DNA from: an uncultured virus (IMG/VR IMGVR_UViG_3300037963_002983)
Lineage: Duplodnaviria > Heunggongvirae > Uroviricota > Caudoviricetes
Strand: one strand, 5' to 3'
Virus record (IMG/VR): IMGVR_UViG_3300037963_002983
Length of the DNA: 35,316 bases
A model generated the notes under the pieces. That model did not search any database. It was not told the origin of the DNA and saw nothing but the letters and a program-made list of their open reading frames with translations. Below are positions 9,381-17,382 of this stretch, in pieces (positions within the stretch are counted from its first letter, which is position 1; each line of letters opens with the position of its first letter). Both the position numbers and the translations under genes were made by a program.

Positions 9381-9583
9381 ATAAACATTTTGAAAGATGG
9401 GTCTATGAGACAGTTGAAGAAATGGATGAAGTGTTTACCGGACATGAAATTATTGCTAGAATTGTAGAAAAGAAAGGAACTAGTATGTATGTTGGTAATG
9501 CCCAACAAGTAGGTTACTTACTAAATAAATTAGATAATATAGAAAGAATCGGAGAAGGAGAATATAGGAGGTTAGATGTATGA
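9377..9583 (+). CDS. small winged-helix-like protein
   Basis: FTGHEIIARI...NAQQVGYLL...IERIGEGEYRR; TTG start follows GGAGGT. Confidence 0.55.
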   Translation: MNKHFERWVYETVEEMDEVFTGHEIIARIVEKKGTSMYVGNAQQVGYLLNKLDNIERIGEGEYRRLDV

Positions 9584-9774
9584 AATACACAAAATACATA
9601 GTGGCTAAAATAGAATACGATACAGAAGAAACTTGGAAAGAGACTGAAAAAGACATTAATGATATAATAGAAATGCTAACAAATTTAAAGCGTAGAGCAA
9701 CTATTATAGAAATTGATGGTGTAGATACAAAACAAGGAGTAGATAGTCATGTCAATGATGGACAAGACAAATGA
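9580..9774 (+). CDS. hypothetical protein (64 aa)
   Basis: ATGA-coupled, with GGAGGT RBS. Confidence 0.6.
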   Translation: MKYTKYIVAKIEYDTEETWKETEKDINDIIEMLTNLKRRATIIEIDGVDTKQGVDSHVNDGQDK

Positions 9775-9883
9775 ACTCCTTGAGGAATTACTCGCTATGA
9801 TTGCTAAGAGCAATAAAATATTAATGATGGTAAATATTGTAAATATAGCGACCATTATAACAATAATAACGGTGATATTATGA
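9749..9883 (+). CDS. 44-aa membrane peptide (not in ORF track)
   Basis: MSMMDKTNELLEELLAMIAKSNKILMMVNIVNIATIITIITVIL has a C-terminal hydrophobic helix. AAGGAG RBS; the stop overlaps the next ATG. Confidence 0.6.
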   Translation: MSMMDKTNELLEELLAMIAKSNKILMMVNIVNIATIITIITVIL

Positions 9884-10077
9884 ATGAAAAAGAAATGAAA
9901 TACAAAATAGAAAGATTAGAAGAAAGAATTGAAGGCTTAGAAAGAGAGGTAGAAGAACTATACTTAGAGATAGAACTAACAAAGGTTTCAAGTAGCAACA
10001 TAAGAGACATTATGGAAGAAGTCGCTAAGTTAGCAAATCAACCTGTTGGAATGATGTTTAATTATAGCAGTGTGTGA
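9880..10077 (+). CDS. small coiled-coil protein
   Basis: KIERLEERIEGLEREVEEL heptads; GGTGA RBS. Confidence 0.65.
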   Translation: MNEKEMKYKIERLEERIEGLEREVEELYLEIELTKVSSSNIRDIMEEVAKLANQPVGMMFNYSSV

Positions 10078-10081
10078 TATT

Positions 10082-11002
10082 ATGAAAGTAGTTTACGGAC
10101 ATACAGATTCGATTTATGTTCAAATTGATTCTGTTGAAAAGGCACAAGACGCTATTAAAGAAATAGAGTCTAGTGTTAGAGAACACTTTCCTAATGTTAT
10201 GGGCTTAGAACAACACCCCGTAGTGCTAGAATTTGAAAAATATTATTCAGCATTAGGTGTTGGAACAACTAAGAATAGAAATGCAGGTATGATAACTTGG
10301 AAAGATGGAGAATGGTTAGATGAACCGGAGTTCATTATGACGGGTTTTACTGCTAAAAGAGTTAGTGAAACTAAACTTGCTAAAGAAGTTCAAACTGATG
10401 TATTGACAATGTGGGTGAATGAAAAACCTATGTTAGAAATTAACAAGTATTTACACAATAAATACATGTCAGTGCTAAATGGAGAAGTTGAACTACAGGA
10501 CATTATTAAGAGAAGTAGGCTTAAAGAAAACAGACTAAAGGTTAGGTGTGGTAAAACTACAGAACACAGGTGGACTGGTAAAAAAAGTGGTTGTAATAAG
10601 AGATATACCTTACACGAATGTTTACCTCTAAGATGGTGTGAAAAGTGCGGTGAAGATGTAAAGAACTTCAAAACCTTAGATGGTAAGAAACCAACGATAG
10701 GTTCGGGTATAGCGGGTGTATTACATGCTAAACAAAACGATATTACATTTGACGACTCTTACTTATACCTTAAAGTAGCAAAGTCCGGTGAAGTATTTAC
10801 ACACCCACTAACTAAAGAAGTGAAGACTGTTGAATATGTAGCAGGTTCTCGGTATGTTGATTTTGATAAGTATAAACCCGATTATCAACATTATGCCGAG
10901 CAAGTAATAAAGAAGGCCGAACCAATTTATAAGGCTATGAATTGGGATTTGTCTAATATCAAATCGGGTAAAATACAAACAAATTTGGAGGAATGGTTTT
11001 GA
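10082..11002 (+). CDS. polB: family B DNA polymerase, C-terminal part (motif C, thumb, PIP box)
   Basis: Begins MKVVYGHTDSIYV (motif C). Contains LEFEK, KNRNAG, GFTAKR..E, DYQHYAEQV and terminal QTNLEEWF. Confidence 0.93.
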   Translation: MKVVYGHTDSIYVQIDSVEKAQDAIKEIESSVREHFPNVMGLEQHPVVLEFEKYYSALGVGTTKNRNAGMITWKDGEWLDEPEFIMTGFTAKRVSETKLAKEVQTDVLTMWVNEKPMLEINKYLHNKYMSVLNGEVELQDIIKRSRLKENRLKVRCGKTTEHRWTGKKSGCNKRYTLHECLPLRWCEKCGEDVKNFKTLDGKKPTIGSGIAGVLHAKQNDITFDDSYLYLKVAKSGEVFTHPLTKEVKTVEYVAGSRYVDFDKYKPDYQHYAEQVIKKAEPIYKAMNWDLSNIKSGKIQTNLEEWF

Positions 11003-11904
11003 ATAACAATGAAAAATATGAAGCGATAATTAAATCAATGGATGAATATACTTATGATTGGAAGCCGGAAAATTACGACGACCCATCTTTGCCTATATTG
11101 AAAATAACTAAATCTTCTTTGGGGGCTTTCGATTGGTGTCCCAAGAAATACAACTTTAGTTATGTGCAAAGATTACCACAAGACCAAACAGAGGCTATGC
11201 GTAAAGGAACTATATTACATGTTCATAGAGAGAACTTCTTTAATGACTTTGATGTTAAGAAAGCAGAAAATATGTCGGCTGATGAAATACATGATTATTG
11301 CGCCGGACTTACACCAATAGATGAGTATTTTGATTTGTCTATGACTGTTGCTGCTTTTGAGGCTCAAAGGTTTATTGATGCTAGAGCAGAAAATAAAATT
11401 GATGAATATTTACCTGTTTGTAATGAAGGATTGTTCGATGCTGAAATAACAATAGGGGCTAATACTAATCCTAAGTTTCCACTTAGGAGAGATTACAAGA
11501 TACATATTCAAGGCATTATTGATAGAGTTTTTCAAGAAAACGGGGGCTATGTTCCTTTTGAATATAAGACCGGAGCATGGAAAGATTACAAGGCTACTTC
11601 TATGAGAAAAGAAATGGCCTTTTATCAATTACTTATTGAGAATGCGGAAGATGAAGTTCTAATTAAGAATGGATTAGAACCTAATGTTCCTGTGACTCAT
11701 TGGGGTTGGTATTATCCGGCTTCTAATTATGTATTTGCTGAAAATGCAAAGGCTAGAAATATGAAGTCTGTTATGAAGAATATTGCTAAGTTGATTTGGC
11801 ACTATGAACAAGATACATTTCCAACTAAGTTTTTCTTTAAGACATGTTCTCATTGTAGTTATTTTAATATTTGTGACGCTGCCGAAGAAGATTCATGGGT
11901 GTGA
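10993..11904 (+). CDS. Cas4/AddB-like PD-(D/E)xK exonuclease with Fe-S cysteines
   Basis: WCPKKY, GTILH, GIIDRV, EYKTG, and C-terminal CSHCSYFNIC (1+3 Cys arrangement). Confidence 0.88.
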   Translation: MVLNNNEKYEAIIKSMDEYTYDWKPENYDDPSLPILKITKSSLGAFDWCPKKYNFSYVQRLPQDQTEAMRKGTILHVHRENFFNDFDVKKAENMSADEIHDYCAGLTPIDEYFDLSMTVAAFEAQRFIDARAENKIDEYLPVCNEGLFDAEITIGANTNPKFPLRRDYKIHIQGIIDRVFQENGGYVPFEYKTGAWKDYKATSMRKEMAFYQLLIENAEDEVLIKNGLEPNVPVTHWGWYYPASNYVFAENAKARNMKSVMKNIAKLIWHYEQDTFPTKFFFKTCSHCSYFNICDAAEEDSWV

Positions 11905-11908
11905 TAAT

Positions 11909-12133
11909 ATGCTTTATGAATTTGATAATGGAACGGTAGTTTCTAAACCGGACACTACACCTAATGGAACTAATATAGCAAGAGTATATTTTAAAGAATA
12001 TATAGACTGTCAAAAATTATATGATGAGATAAAAGATTGGGCTAATAGAATAGGTTGTGAAACGACTATTCTATTGAAAAGAAATAGTGAACCCTATGTC
12101 GTAGTATCTCCTAGAATGGGGGCAGTAGAATGA
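11909..12133 (+). CDS. hypothetical protein (74 aa)
   Basis: ATG follows GTGA; the stop is coupled to the next ORF. Confidence 0.55.
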   Translation: MLYEFDNGTVVSKPDTTPNGTNIARVYFKEYIDCQKLYDEIKDWANRIGCETTILLKRNSEPYVVVSPRMGAVE

Positions 12134-12243
12134 ATGATTCAATATATAGAATAGCGATAGATGCAATAACAATCATACAACATTTAGGACATGATGATTT
12201 GGCTAAGATGTTGTTAGATAGATACGAGAAGGTGATAAAATGA
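12130..12243 (+). CDS. 37-aa peptide (not in ORF track)
   Basis: MNDSIYRIAIDAITIIQHLGHDDLAKMLLDRYEKVIK; ATGA overlaps at both ends. Confidence 0.55.
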   Translation: MNDSIYRIAIDAITIIQHLGHDDLAKMLLDRYEKVIK

Positions 12244-12527
12244 ATGATAAAATAATAAAATGTAAATTATGTGAAGTGGAGATGAAAGAGTTTGAAGGCA
12301 ATAATCCTCAACCTCTTCTTGCGGATTTTGAAGATAGAGTATGTAGAGACTGTAATGATTATGTTACGGCAACTAGACTATTACTTAGAAGTTTAGACCC
12401 TTACGAACATGAATTAGTTTGTTTTTACATAGCGTCAGTTATGAAAACGGCTAGTTCTCTAAAAAGAAGCCGACTGAAAGCCTATAAACAAACTGGTTTT
12501 TCTGCTTATATTTCGGGAGGCGATTAA
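12240..12527 (+). CDS. small Zn-finger protein
   Basis: CKLC...GNNPQP...VCRDCN; AGGTGA RBS. Confidence 0.7.
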   Translation: MNDKIIKCKLCEVEMKEFEGNNPQPLLADFEDRVCRDCNDYVTATRLLLRSLDPYEHELVCFYIASVMKTASSLKRSRLKAYKQTGFSAYISGGD

Positions 12528-12896
12528 ATGAATGATAAAATAAAACAAAAAGTATTGGCTAGGAATTGGTCTTTTAATGAAATAGCCAATCTAAATCAAA
12601 CAATAGAAAGTCTTGCTACCGACACATATGAAGAAATGAAACTAATAGAAAGATTTGAGTTAATTAGAGAAATTAGAATCAAAGAAACTTATGTTGGTGA
12701 AGTCTTTGAAGATGTAATGAAGCAAACAGTTTTGATTGCTTTAAGAGCAGAAGTAGCAAATACAGTAAGGAATATGTTAAATAACGCAACAGTTAATTTT
12801 GGAGGTAATAAAAATGATGAAGTTTCCGAGAGAAGTGTGGTCGGGGAGTCAAATGAAGAACGCTCCTCCACTACCAAGAAGAATAGTAAGAAGTAA
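12528..12896 (+). CDS. hypothetical helical protein
   Basis: GGAGG RBS; the 3' end overlaps the primase start. Confidence 0.65.
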   Translation: MNDKIKQKVLARNWSFNEIANLNQTIESLATDTYEEMKLIERFELIREIRIKETYVGEVFEDVMKQTVLIALRAEVANTVRNMLNNATVNFGGNKNDEVSERSVVGESNEERSSTTKKNSKK

Positions 12897-13866
12897 AGAA
12901 GAATACTTGAGTTATGTAAAGGCTCAAAATAATAGAACTAATGTTTACACTAGTGTTTATGATTTTGCCGAGTTTGCAGAAAAAGCCAAGATAGATTCAT
13001 CAGTTATACTTGACAGAATCTTTCTTGACTTTGATGCTCACGGTCAAAGCATTGAACAAGCATGGAGAGATGTTAATGTTGTTATGACTTATGTTGTTGA
13101 TAATGATTACCAACACACTCTCTTTTTTTCCGGTAGGGGTTTTCATTTGTTTATCTTTGGAGAAACAACCGACAGTATTAGAAACATACAGGTTTTCTTT
13201 AGAGAGATTAAGGAATACTTAGTAAACATAGTAGGTAATGATATAACCCTTGATGATAGGGTTGGGCAAGCAACTAGGCTTAGAAGAATACCTAATACAG
13301 TAAACATGAGTTCTAGGGATGAGAATGGCAATCCATACTTTTGCATACCATTACTTAAGACGGATTTAGATAAACAGGTTCAAGAGATACTTGAGTTAGC
13401 AAAGAAACCTAGAAAAATTCCTTTTAGAATAAGTGGTTCTGTAAAAGTCGTATTTCCCGAAGCACCTTCTTTTGAGGAGATAAGTGGTGAAATAGCAGTT
13501 CCTAAAACAACAGGCTCTTTGCCTATATTGCCTTGTTTATACAATGCTATTATGACCGAGAATCCTTCACATATGGCTAGAGCATATTTAGTTTCATGGT
13601 ATAGAGATTTATTGTCCGGTTGTAGAAAGGTAGAAAGTAAGGAAGATAAAGACAAAATACTAGATGCAATAGTAGATGAAATAAGAAATTTGGTAGAAAC
13701 CAATAAAGAAATATGGCTAGATTGGAACGAGAACGAAACTAGAAAACATGCAAGATTTACTGTGCATGGTAATTATAGTAGTCCTCATTGTAAGACTGTA
13801 TTGATACCTAATGGGTATTGTGTTGGTAAATGTTGGAGATACCCCGAACATGCGGAGGGAGCATAA
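12814..13866 (+). CDS. archaeo-eukaryotic primase, PriS catalytic domain fused to a PriL-type Fe-S domain
   Basis: AEP motifs FLDFD, FSGRGFH, RLRRIPNT. C-terminal LPC...HMAR...YSSPHC...YCVGKC resembles the PriL CTD. Confidence 0.87.
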   Translation: MMKFPREVWSGSQMKNAPPLPRRIVRSKEEYLSYVKAQNNRTNVYTSVYDFAEFAEKAKIDSSVILDRIFLDFDAHGQSIEQAWRDVNVVMTYVVDNDYQHTLFFSGRGFHLFIFGETTDSIRNIQVFFREIKEYLVNIVGNDITLDDRVGQATRLRRIPNTVNMSSRDENGNPYFCIPLLKTDLDKQVQEILELAKKPRKIPFRISGSVKVVFPEAPSFEEISGEIAVPKTTGSLPILPCLYNAIMTENPSHMARAYLVSWYRDLLSGCRKVESKEDKDKILDAIVDEIRNLVETNKEIWLDWNENETRKHARFTVHGNYSSPHCKTVLIPNGYCVGKCWRYPEHAEGA

Positions 13867-14150
13867 TGAAAAATAAATTAGATAAGGAGTGTCTTGATAA
13901 ACTACTTTCTTCTTATTTAGAAAATAAAAAAGAAATAGTTTTAGCAGATATGGTGGAAGAAATACTTCCCTCTTATAATAAAAAAACACAAAGAAAAAGA
14001 AATAAACGCAGTTTATCCAGCGCATTAGGCGCAACTTTGACCGCTAGAGGTTGGATTAAAACATCAAAGCACTATACCAAAGAATTTTGGGTTGATGGAA
14101 AAAGATATGCTAGAGGAGCAAGACACACTATTTACAAGGAGGAAGAATAA
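13866..14150 (+). CDS. small basic, possibly winged-helix, protein
   Basis: TAATG-coupled at both ends; helix-helix-beta-hairpin pattern (LSSALGATLTARGWIK...RHTIY). Confidence 0.55.
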   Translation: MKNKLDKECLDKLLSSYLENKKEIVLADMVEEILPSYNKKTQRKRNKRSLSSALGATLTARGWIKTSKHYTKEFWVDGKRYARGARHTIYKEEE

Positions 14151-14860
14151 TGCTAGTAATAGATAGTAGAGAAAAGAAAGGTTCTAAACTTGTAGAACTA
14201 GTAGAGAGTGAAGCACTAAAGATGAAGATACCATATGAAAAAAGATGGCTAGAGATAGGAGACTATGTTTACGATGATGTATGTTTTGAGGCTAAGTCAG
14301 CCCATGATTTTATTAGTTCAGTAATGAGTAAGAGAATGTGGACACAATTAGATAATATGGATAGACATTATCAAACCAATGTAGTTATTATTTATGGCAG
14401 TATTGATGAAGGGATTATGCAATACAAAAAATATATAAAAACAAAAAATAAACTAAGCACTGCACAAGAGGCTAATTGGTCTAATAAACTAAAAAATAAG
14501 TTTCTTGGTGCTATTGGTAGAATAACATTAGATACTGATGCTAAGGCATTTTGGGTATCTAGTGAAAAAGAAGCATCGTTGATTATCGCCTCTATATGTA
14601 AAATGAAACCTATCGATAGGGAAGTAATAAGGCCGGAGATATTCAAAAGAATATCAACGGATGATTTGAGAATAGATATATTAACAACAATTAAAGGCTT
14701 GTCGGTAAGCAAAGCAAATGCGCTGATTAAAGCGTATGGTTCGATTATGGAAATAGGCGAACAAACCGAAGATGAACTTCAAGAAATGGATGGCATAGGA
14801 AGAACCCTAGCCAAAAGAATCTTGAATGTATTAAATTCCGAAGGGAAGGTGAAAATATGA
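14150..14860 (+). CDS. XPF/ERCC4 (Hef-type nuclease domain) structure-specific endonuclease with HhH motifs
   Basis: VIDSRE, IGDY, FEAKSAHDF (ERKxxxD equivalent), and C-terminal IKGLS..KA / MDGIGRTLA HhH pair. Confidence 0.92.
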   Translation: MLVIDSREKKGSKLVELVESEALKMKIPYEKRWLEIGDYVYDDVCFEAKSAHDFISSVMSKRMWTQLDNMDRHYQTNVVIIYGSIDEGIMQYKKYIKTKNKLSTAQEANWSNKLKNKFLGAIGRITLDTDAKAFWVSSEKEASLIIASICKMKPIDREVIRPEIFKRISTDDLRIDILTTIKGLSVSKANALIKAYGSIMEIGEQTEDELQEMDGIGRTLAKRILNVLNSEGKVKI

Positions 14861-16419
14861 ATGAAGATATAAATTATGAAGAAATTGAAATGAGCAAAGA
14901 AGAAGAAGAATACCTCTATAAGTTAGATGAAAACACTAAAATTTTCAATACTAACTTGCCTAGTTTTATTAGGCGATTTCAGCAAGATGCAGTAAAGGTA
15001 GCCTTCAAGAATGACATACCGGCAGCGTTAAGTTGTTTTGTTATACTAGGACAAATTTGTAAAGACTTTGTGCAAATACCAAACGGTAGAAGCATAGAAG
15101 ATAGCCGAGTGCATATGTGTCAAATACAAACTTCGGGTTCGGGTAAATCTACCTTGTGGGCTTTCCTAAAACCTGTAATTGAAAAATTATATGCTAAGAT
15201 AAACGCTGATGGTAGACACCCTAAGAATATATATGTTAGTTCGGATGGTTCAGTAGATTATGCACAATGGGATGGAGTAGAAGGAGTAGAGGCTCCTAGT
15301 GCTAAGCAATTTAACATTATGTCCACTACTGAATATACCGACGCTGCACTTATAGGCGGATATGAAGAAGCCATGATTGAAAAAACAGATGATGAGGGAA
15401 ACACTAGTAAAGAATTAGGTTGGTTAAGAGAAGCAGGTTTGTTAGAAGGTAGCGGATTAGCACATTGGGATGAGTTTGAATATTCCGGTGTTTTTAAGCA
15501 AAGCCAAAACAAAGAACAGGCCATTGTTTATCTCAATACTCTTATGAATACATTAGCCGGTGAATCTTGGAAAATCACTAAGAAACTAAAGAGAGGTAAA
15601 ATGATGAACTGTTATTGTGAAAGGTCTATTTTAGCCATGACATATCCACCGGAAAAACTAGCAAAAGTTATTGCTAACAAAGGTGTATTACAAAGAATGA
15701 TTTTGTTTATTTGGGATGTTCCCGAAAATGTATTAGATATTATGAGAAGAATGCAAATTTCAAAAGCAGGAAAGATAGAAGAAATTAATGCCCCTATTGA
15801 GGAGTTTGCTAATGAGTTCTTTGAAATATATGAGATTGTAAAAGAAAGATTTGAAAAGGTAAAAGACCCACTTAAGACAATGAAATATACTCAAGATTTT
15901 AACGATGTATTGTTATTAGAATACGAAACTATGAAACAGTTTATCGGTTCAAGTGACCCTGTTGTTAGAAAAATTGCATCTAACTTTACAACTAGGCTAT
16001 TGAAGATTTTAATTAAAATGTCAGTTCTATGTTCTATTGCGGAAGCAAAGGATATTAAAAACGAAGGAAAGAGATTTGTTGTCAGTGGAAGAAATGTTAG
16101 ACAAGCAGGAAACATTGTCCGACAATGTTATAACACATTGGTATTATGGTTGGAGCGAAGCCTAAAGGTCACTAGGAGGGTCGGCAAGCGAACTCAATCA
16201 CCAAATGAGCAAATCTTCTTGGAAACTATTAGGACTATGAAAAAGAATGAAGATGGATTTTTCAGTAAAAAATTACTCATAGATGAGTTAGTGTCGCAAG
16301 GGAAAAATGAAAGAACCATTAGAAGAATATGCGACAAATATGAAGAAATGAACTTATTAGAAAAAGATAAAAAAGGGCGTTCTGTTTATTATAAATTGAA
16401 AGAGGAGGAAAAGAAATGA
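14857..16419 (+). CDS. divergent MCM-like AAA+ helicase (short N-terminus, C-terminal winged helix)
   Basis: Walker A TSGSGKS, T.AALIGG, EAGLL, Walker B WDEF, GVLQRM (cf. LLSRF), TTRLLKILIKMS (cf. TPRQLESLIRLS). Confidence 0.7.
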   Translation: MNEDINYEEIEMSKEEEEYLYKLDENTKIFNTNLPSFIRRFQQDAVKVAFKNDIPAALSCFVILGQICKDFVQIPNGRSIEDSRVHMCQIQTSGSGKSTLWAFLKPVIEKLYAKINADGRHPKNIYVSSDGSVDYAQWDGVEGVEAPSAKQFNIMSTTEYTDAALIGGYEEAMIEKTDDEGNTSKELGWLREAGLLEGSGLAHWDEFEYSGVFKQSQNKEQAIVYLNTLMNTLAGESWKITKKLKRGKMMNCYCERSILAMTYPPEKLAKVIANKGVLQRMILFIWDVPENVLDIMRRMQISKAGKIEEINAPIEEFANEFFEIYEIVKERFEKVKDPLKTMKYTQDFNDVLLLEYETMKQFIGSSDPVVRKIASNFTTRLLKILIKMSVLCSIAEAKDIKNEGKRFVVSGRNVRQAGNIVRQCYNTLVLWLERSLKVTRRVGKRTQSPNEQIFLETIRTMKKNEDGFFSKKLLIDELVSQGKNERTIRRICDKYEEMNLLEKDKKGRSVYYKLKEEEKK

Positions 16420-16637
16420 AATACGAAAATACATATGTGGTGTTTGATGTAACAAAAGGGCCGAAAGTAATAATTGAAACATTAGATACTTACGGTGATG
16501 AAGGTTGGGAATGTTGTTCCATGCTAAGTATAGCAGGTGCAAACATTGTCGCTTTTCTAAAGAGAAGAATTGGTGCAGATGAACCATCAGTAGATGAAGA
16601 AGCGGAAAAGATTAGTAAACTTTGGTCTAGTGATTAA
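16416..16637 (+). CDS. DUF4177-like small protein
   Basis: MKYE...LDTYGDEGWECCS...AFLKR pattern. Confidence 0.6.
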   Translation: MKYENTYVVFDVTKGPKVIIETLDTYGDEGWECCSMLSIAGANIVAFLKRRIGADEPSVDEEAEKISKLWSSD

Positions 16638-16639
16638 GC

Positions 16640-17233
16640 ATGTCAGTTCTAGCATTAGACATTGAAACTAAAAACATGTCACATGAGATTGGTGGCTTTA
16701 GCAATACGCATATGTTTCAAGTATCTACAGTGGCAACATGGGATGGTTCTAATGGAACTGTCTATGTTGATGAACCCGTAGAGTCTTTTGCCAAGTCCGG
16801 TCATATAGTTAAAAATCTAGGTGAACTAAAATATGATTTAGACGACCACTTATCTAAAGGTGGTAAAGTTTTAGGTCACAATATCGCAGCGTTTGATTTA
16901 CCAATTCTTAGAGACTCTATGGATATATATTGTATTCATAAATATTTAGGGGATGAAAATTATATTGATACTAGCAAGATATTACTTAAAGAACATGGGG
17001 AAAGATTTCAACTTAAGAATCTTGTAAAATGTACCATGAATGACGCTAAGTTGATGGATAGTGCCGATGCACCTAAGTTATGGAAGATGGGTCAATATGA
17101 TGAGGTAGTCGAATATTGCATGAAAGATACACAATTAGTTTATGACTTATGGAAGTATGGACAAGAACATGGGATTGTTAAAGCATTCTCGATAGAAAAA
17201 GAGGAATTTGTAAATTTGGAGGTTGATTGGTAA
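16640..17233 (+). CDS. DEDD/RNase H-like 3'-5' exonuclease (YprB/RNase_H_2-like)
   Basis: LDIET, GHNIAAFDLP, YCMKD motifs. Confidence 0.85.
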   Translation: MSVLALDIETKNMSHEIGGFSNTHMFQVSTVATWDGSNGTVYVDEPVESFAKSGHIVKNLGELKYDLDDHLSKGGKVLGHNIAAFDLPILRDSMDIYCIHKYLGDENYIDTSKILLKEHGERFQLKNLVKCTMNDAKLMDSADAPKLWKMGQYDEVVEYCMKDTQLVYDLWKYGQEHGIVKAFSIEKEEFVNLEVDW

Positions 17234-17382
17234 TGTCTACGGCAGAATGGTTCGGCTTATTCATCTTTATGATTATCTTGACGCTATTGTTTTTCGCCGC
17301 CTTTGGTGGAACAAACATTACAGAACAAAGCGTCGATGATTATATCAAAAGATTGATGGGTCAAACGGAAGAGAAGAAATGA
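17233..17382 (+). CDS. 49-aa single-TM membrane protein (not in ORF track)
   Basis: MSTAEWFGLFIFMIILTLLFFAAFGG...; GGAGGTTGA RBS, TAATG coupling. Confidence 0.65.
   Translation: MSTAEWFGLFIFMIILTLLFFAAFGGTNITEQSVDDYIKRLMGQTEEKK

Noticed and set aside
8421..10081. Intein or self-splicing intron interrupting polB
   Set aside because: A stop codon ends the N-half, there are no intein terminal residues, and the interval is filled with RBS-bearing ORFs. No group I/II core or maturase was recognised. RNA data would be needed for formal exclusion.
10993..11904. CRISPR-Cas locus suggested by the Cas4-like gene
   Set aside because: No repeat-spacer array or other cas genes were seen. Solo Cas4-like nucleases are common in archaeal virus replication modules.
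408..16587. Minus-strand ORFs within the replication arm (e.g. 2998-3255, 3252-3557, 13380-13703, 14392-14712)
   Set aside because: They are antisense shadows of well-supported + strand genes, with no motifs.
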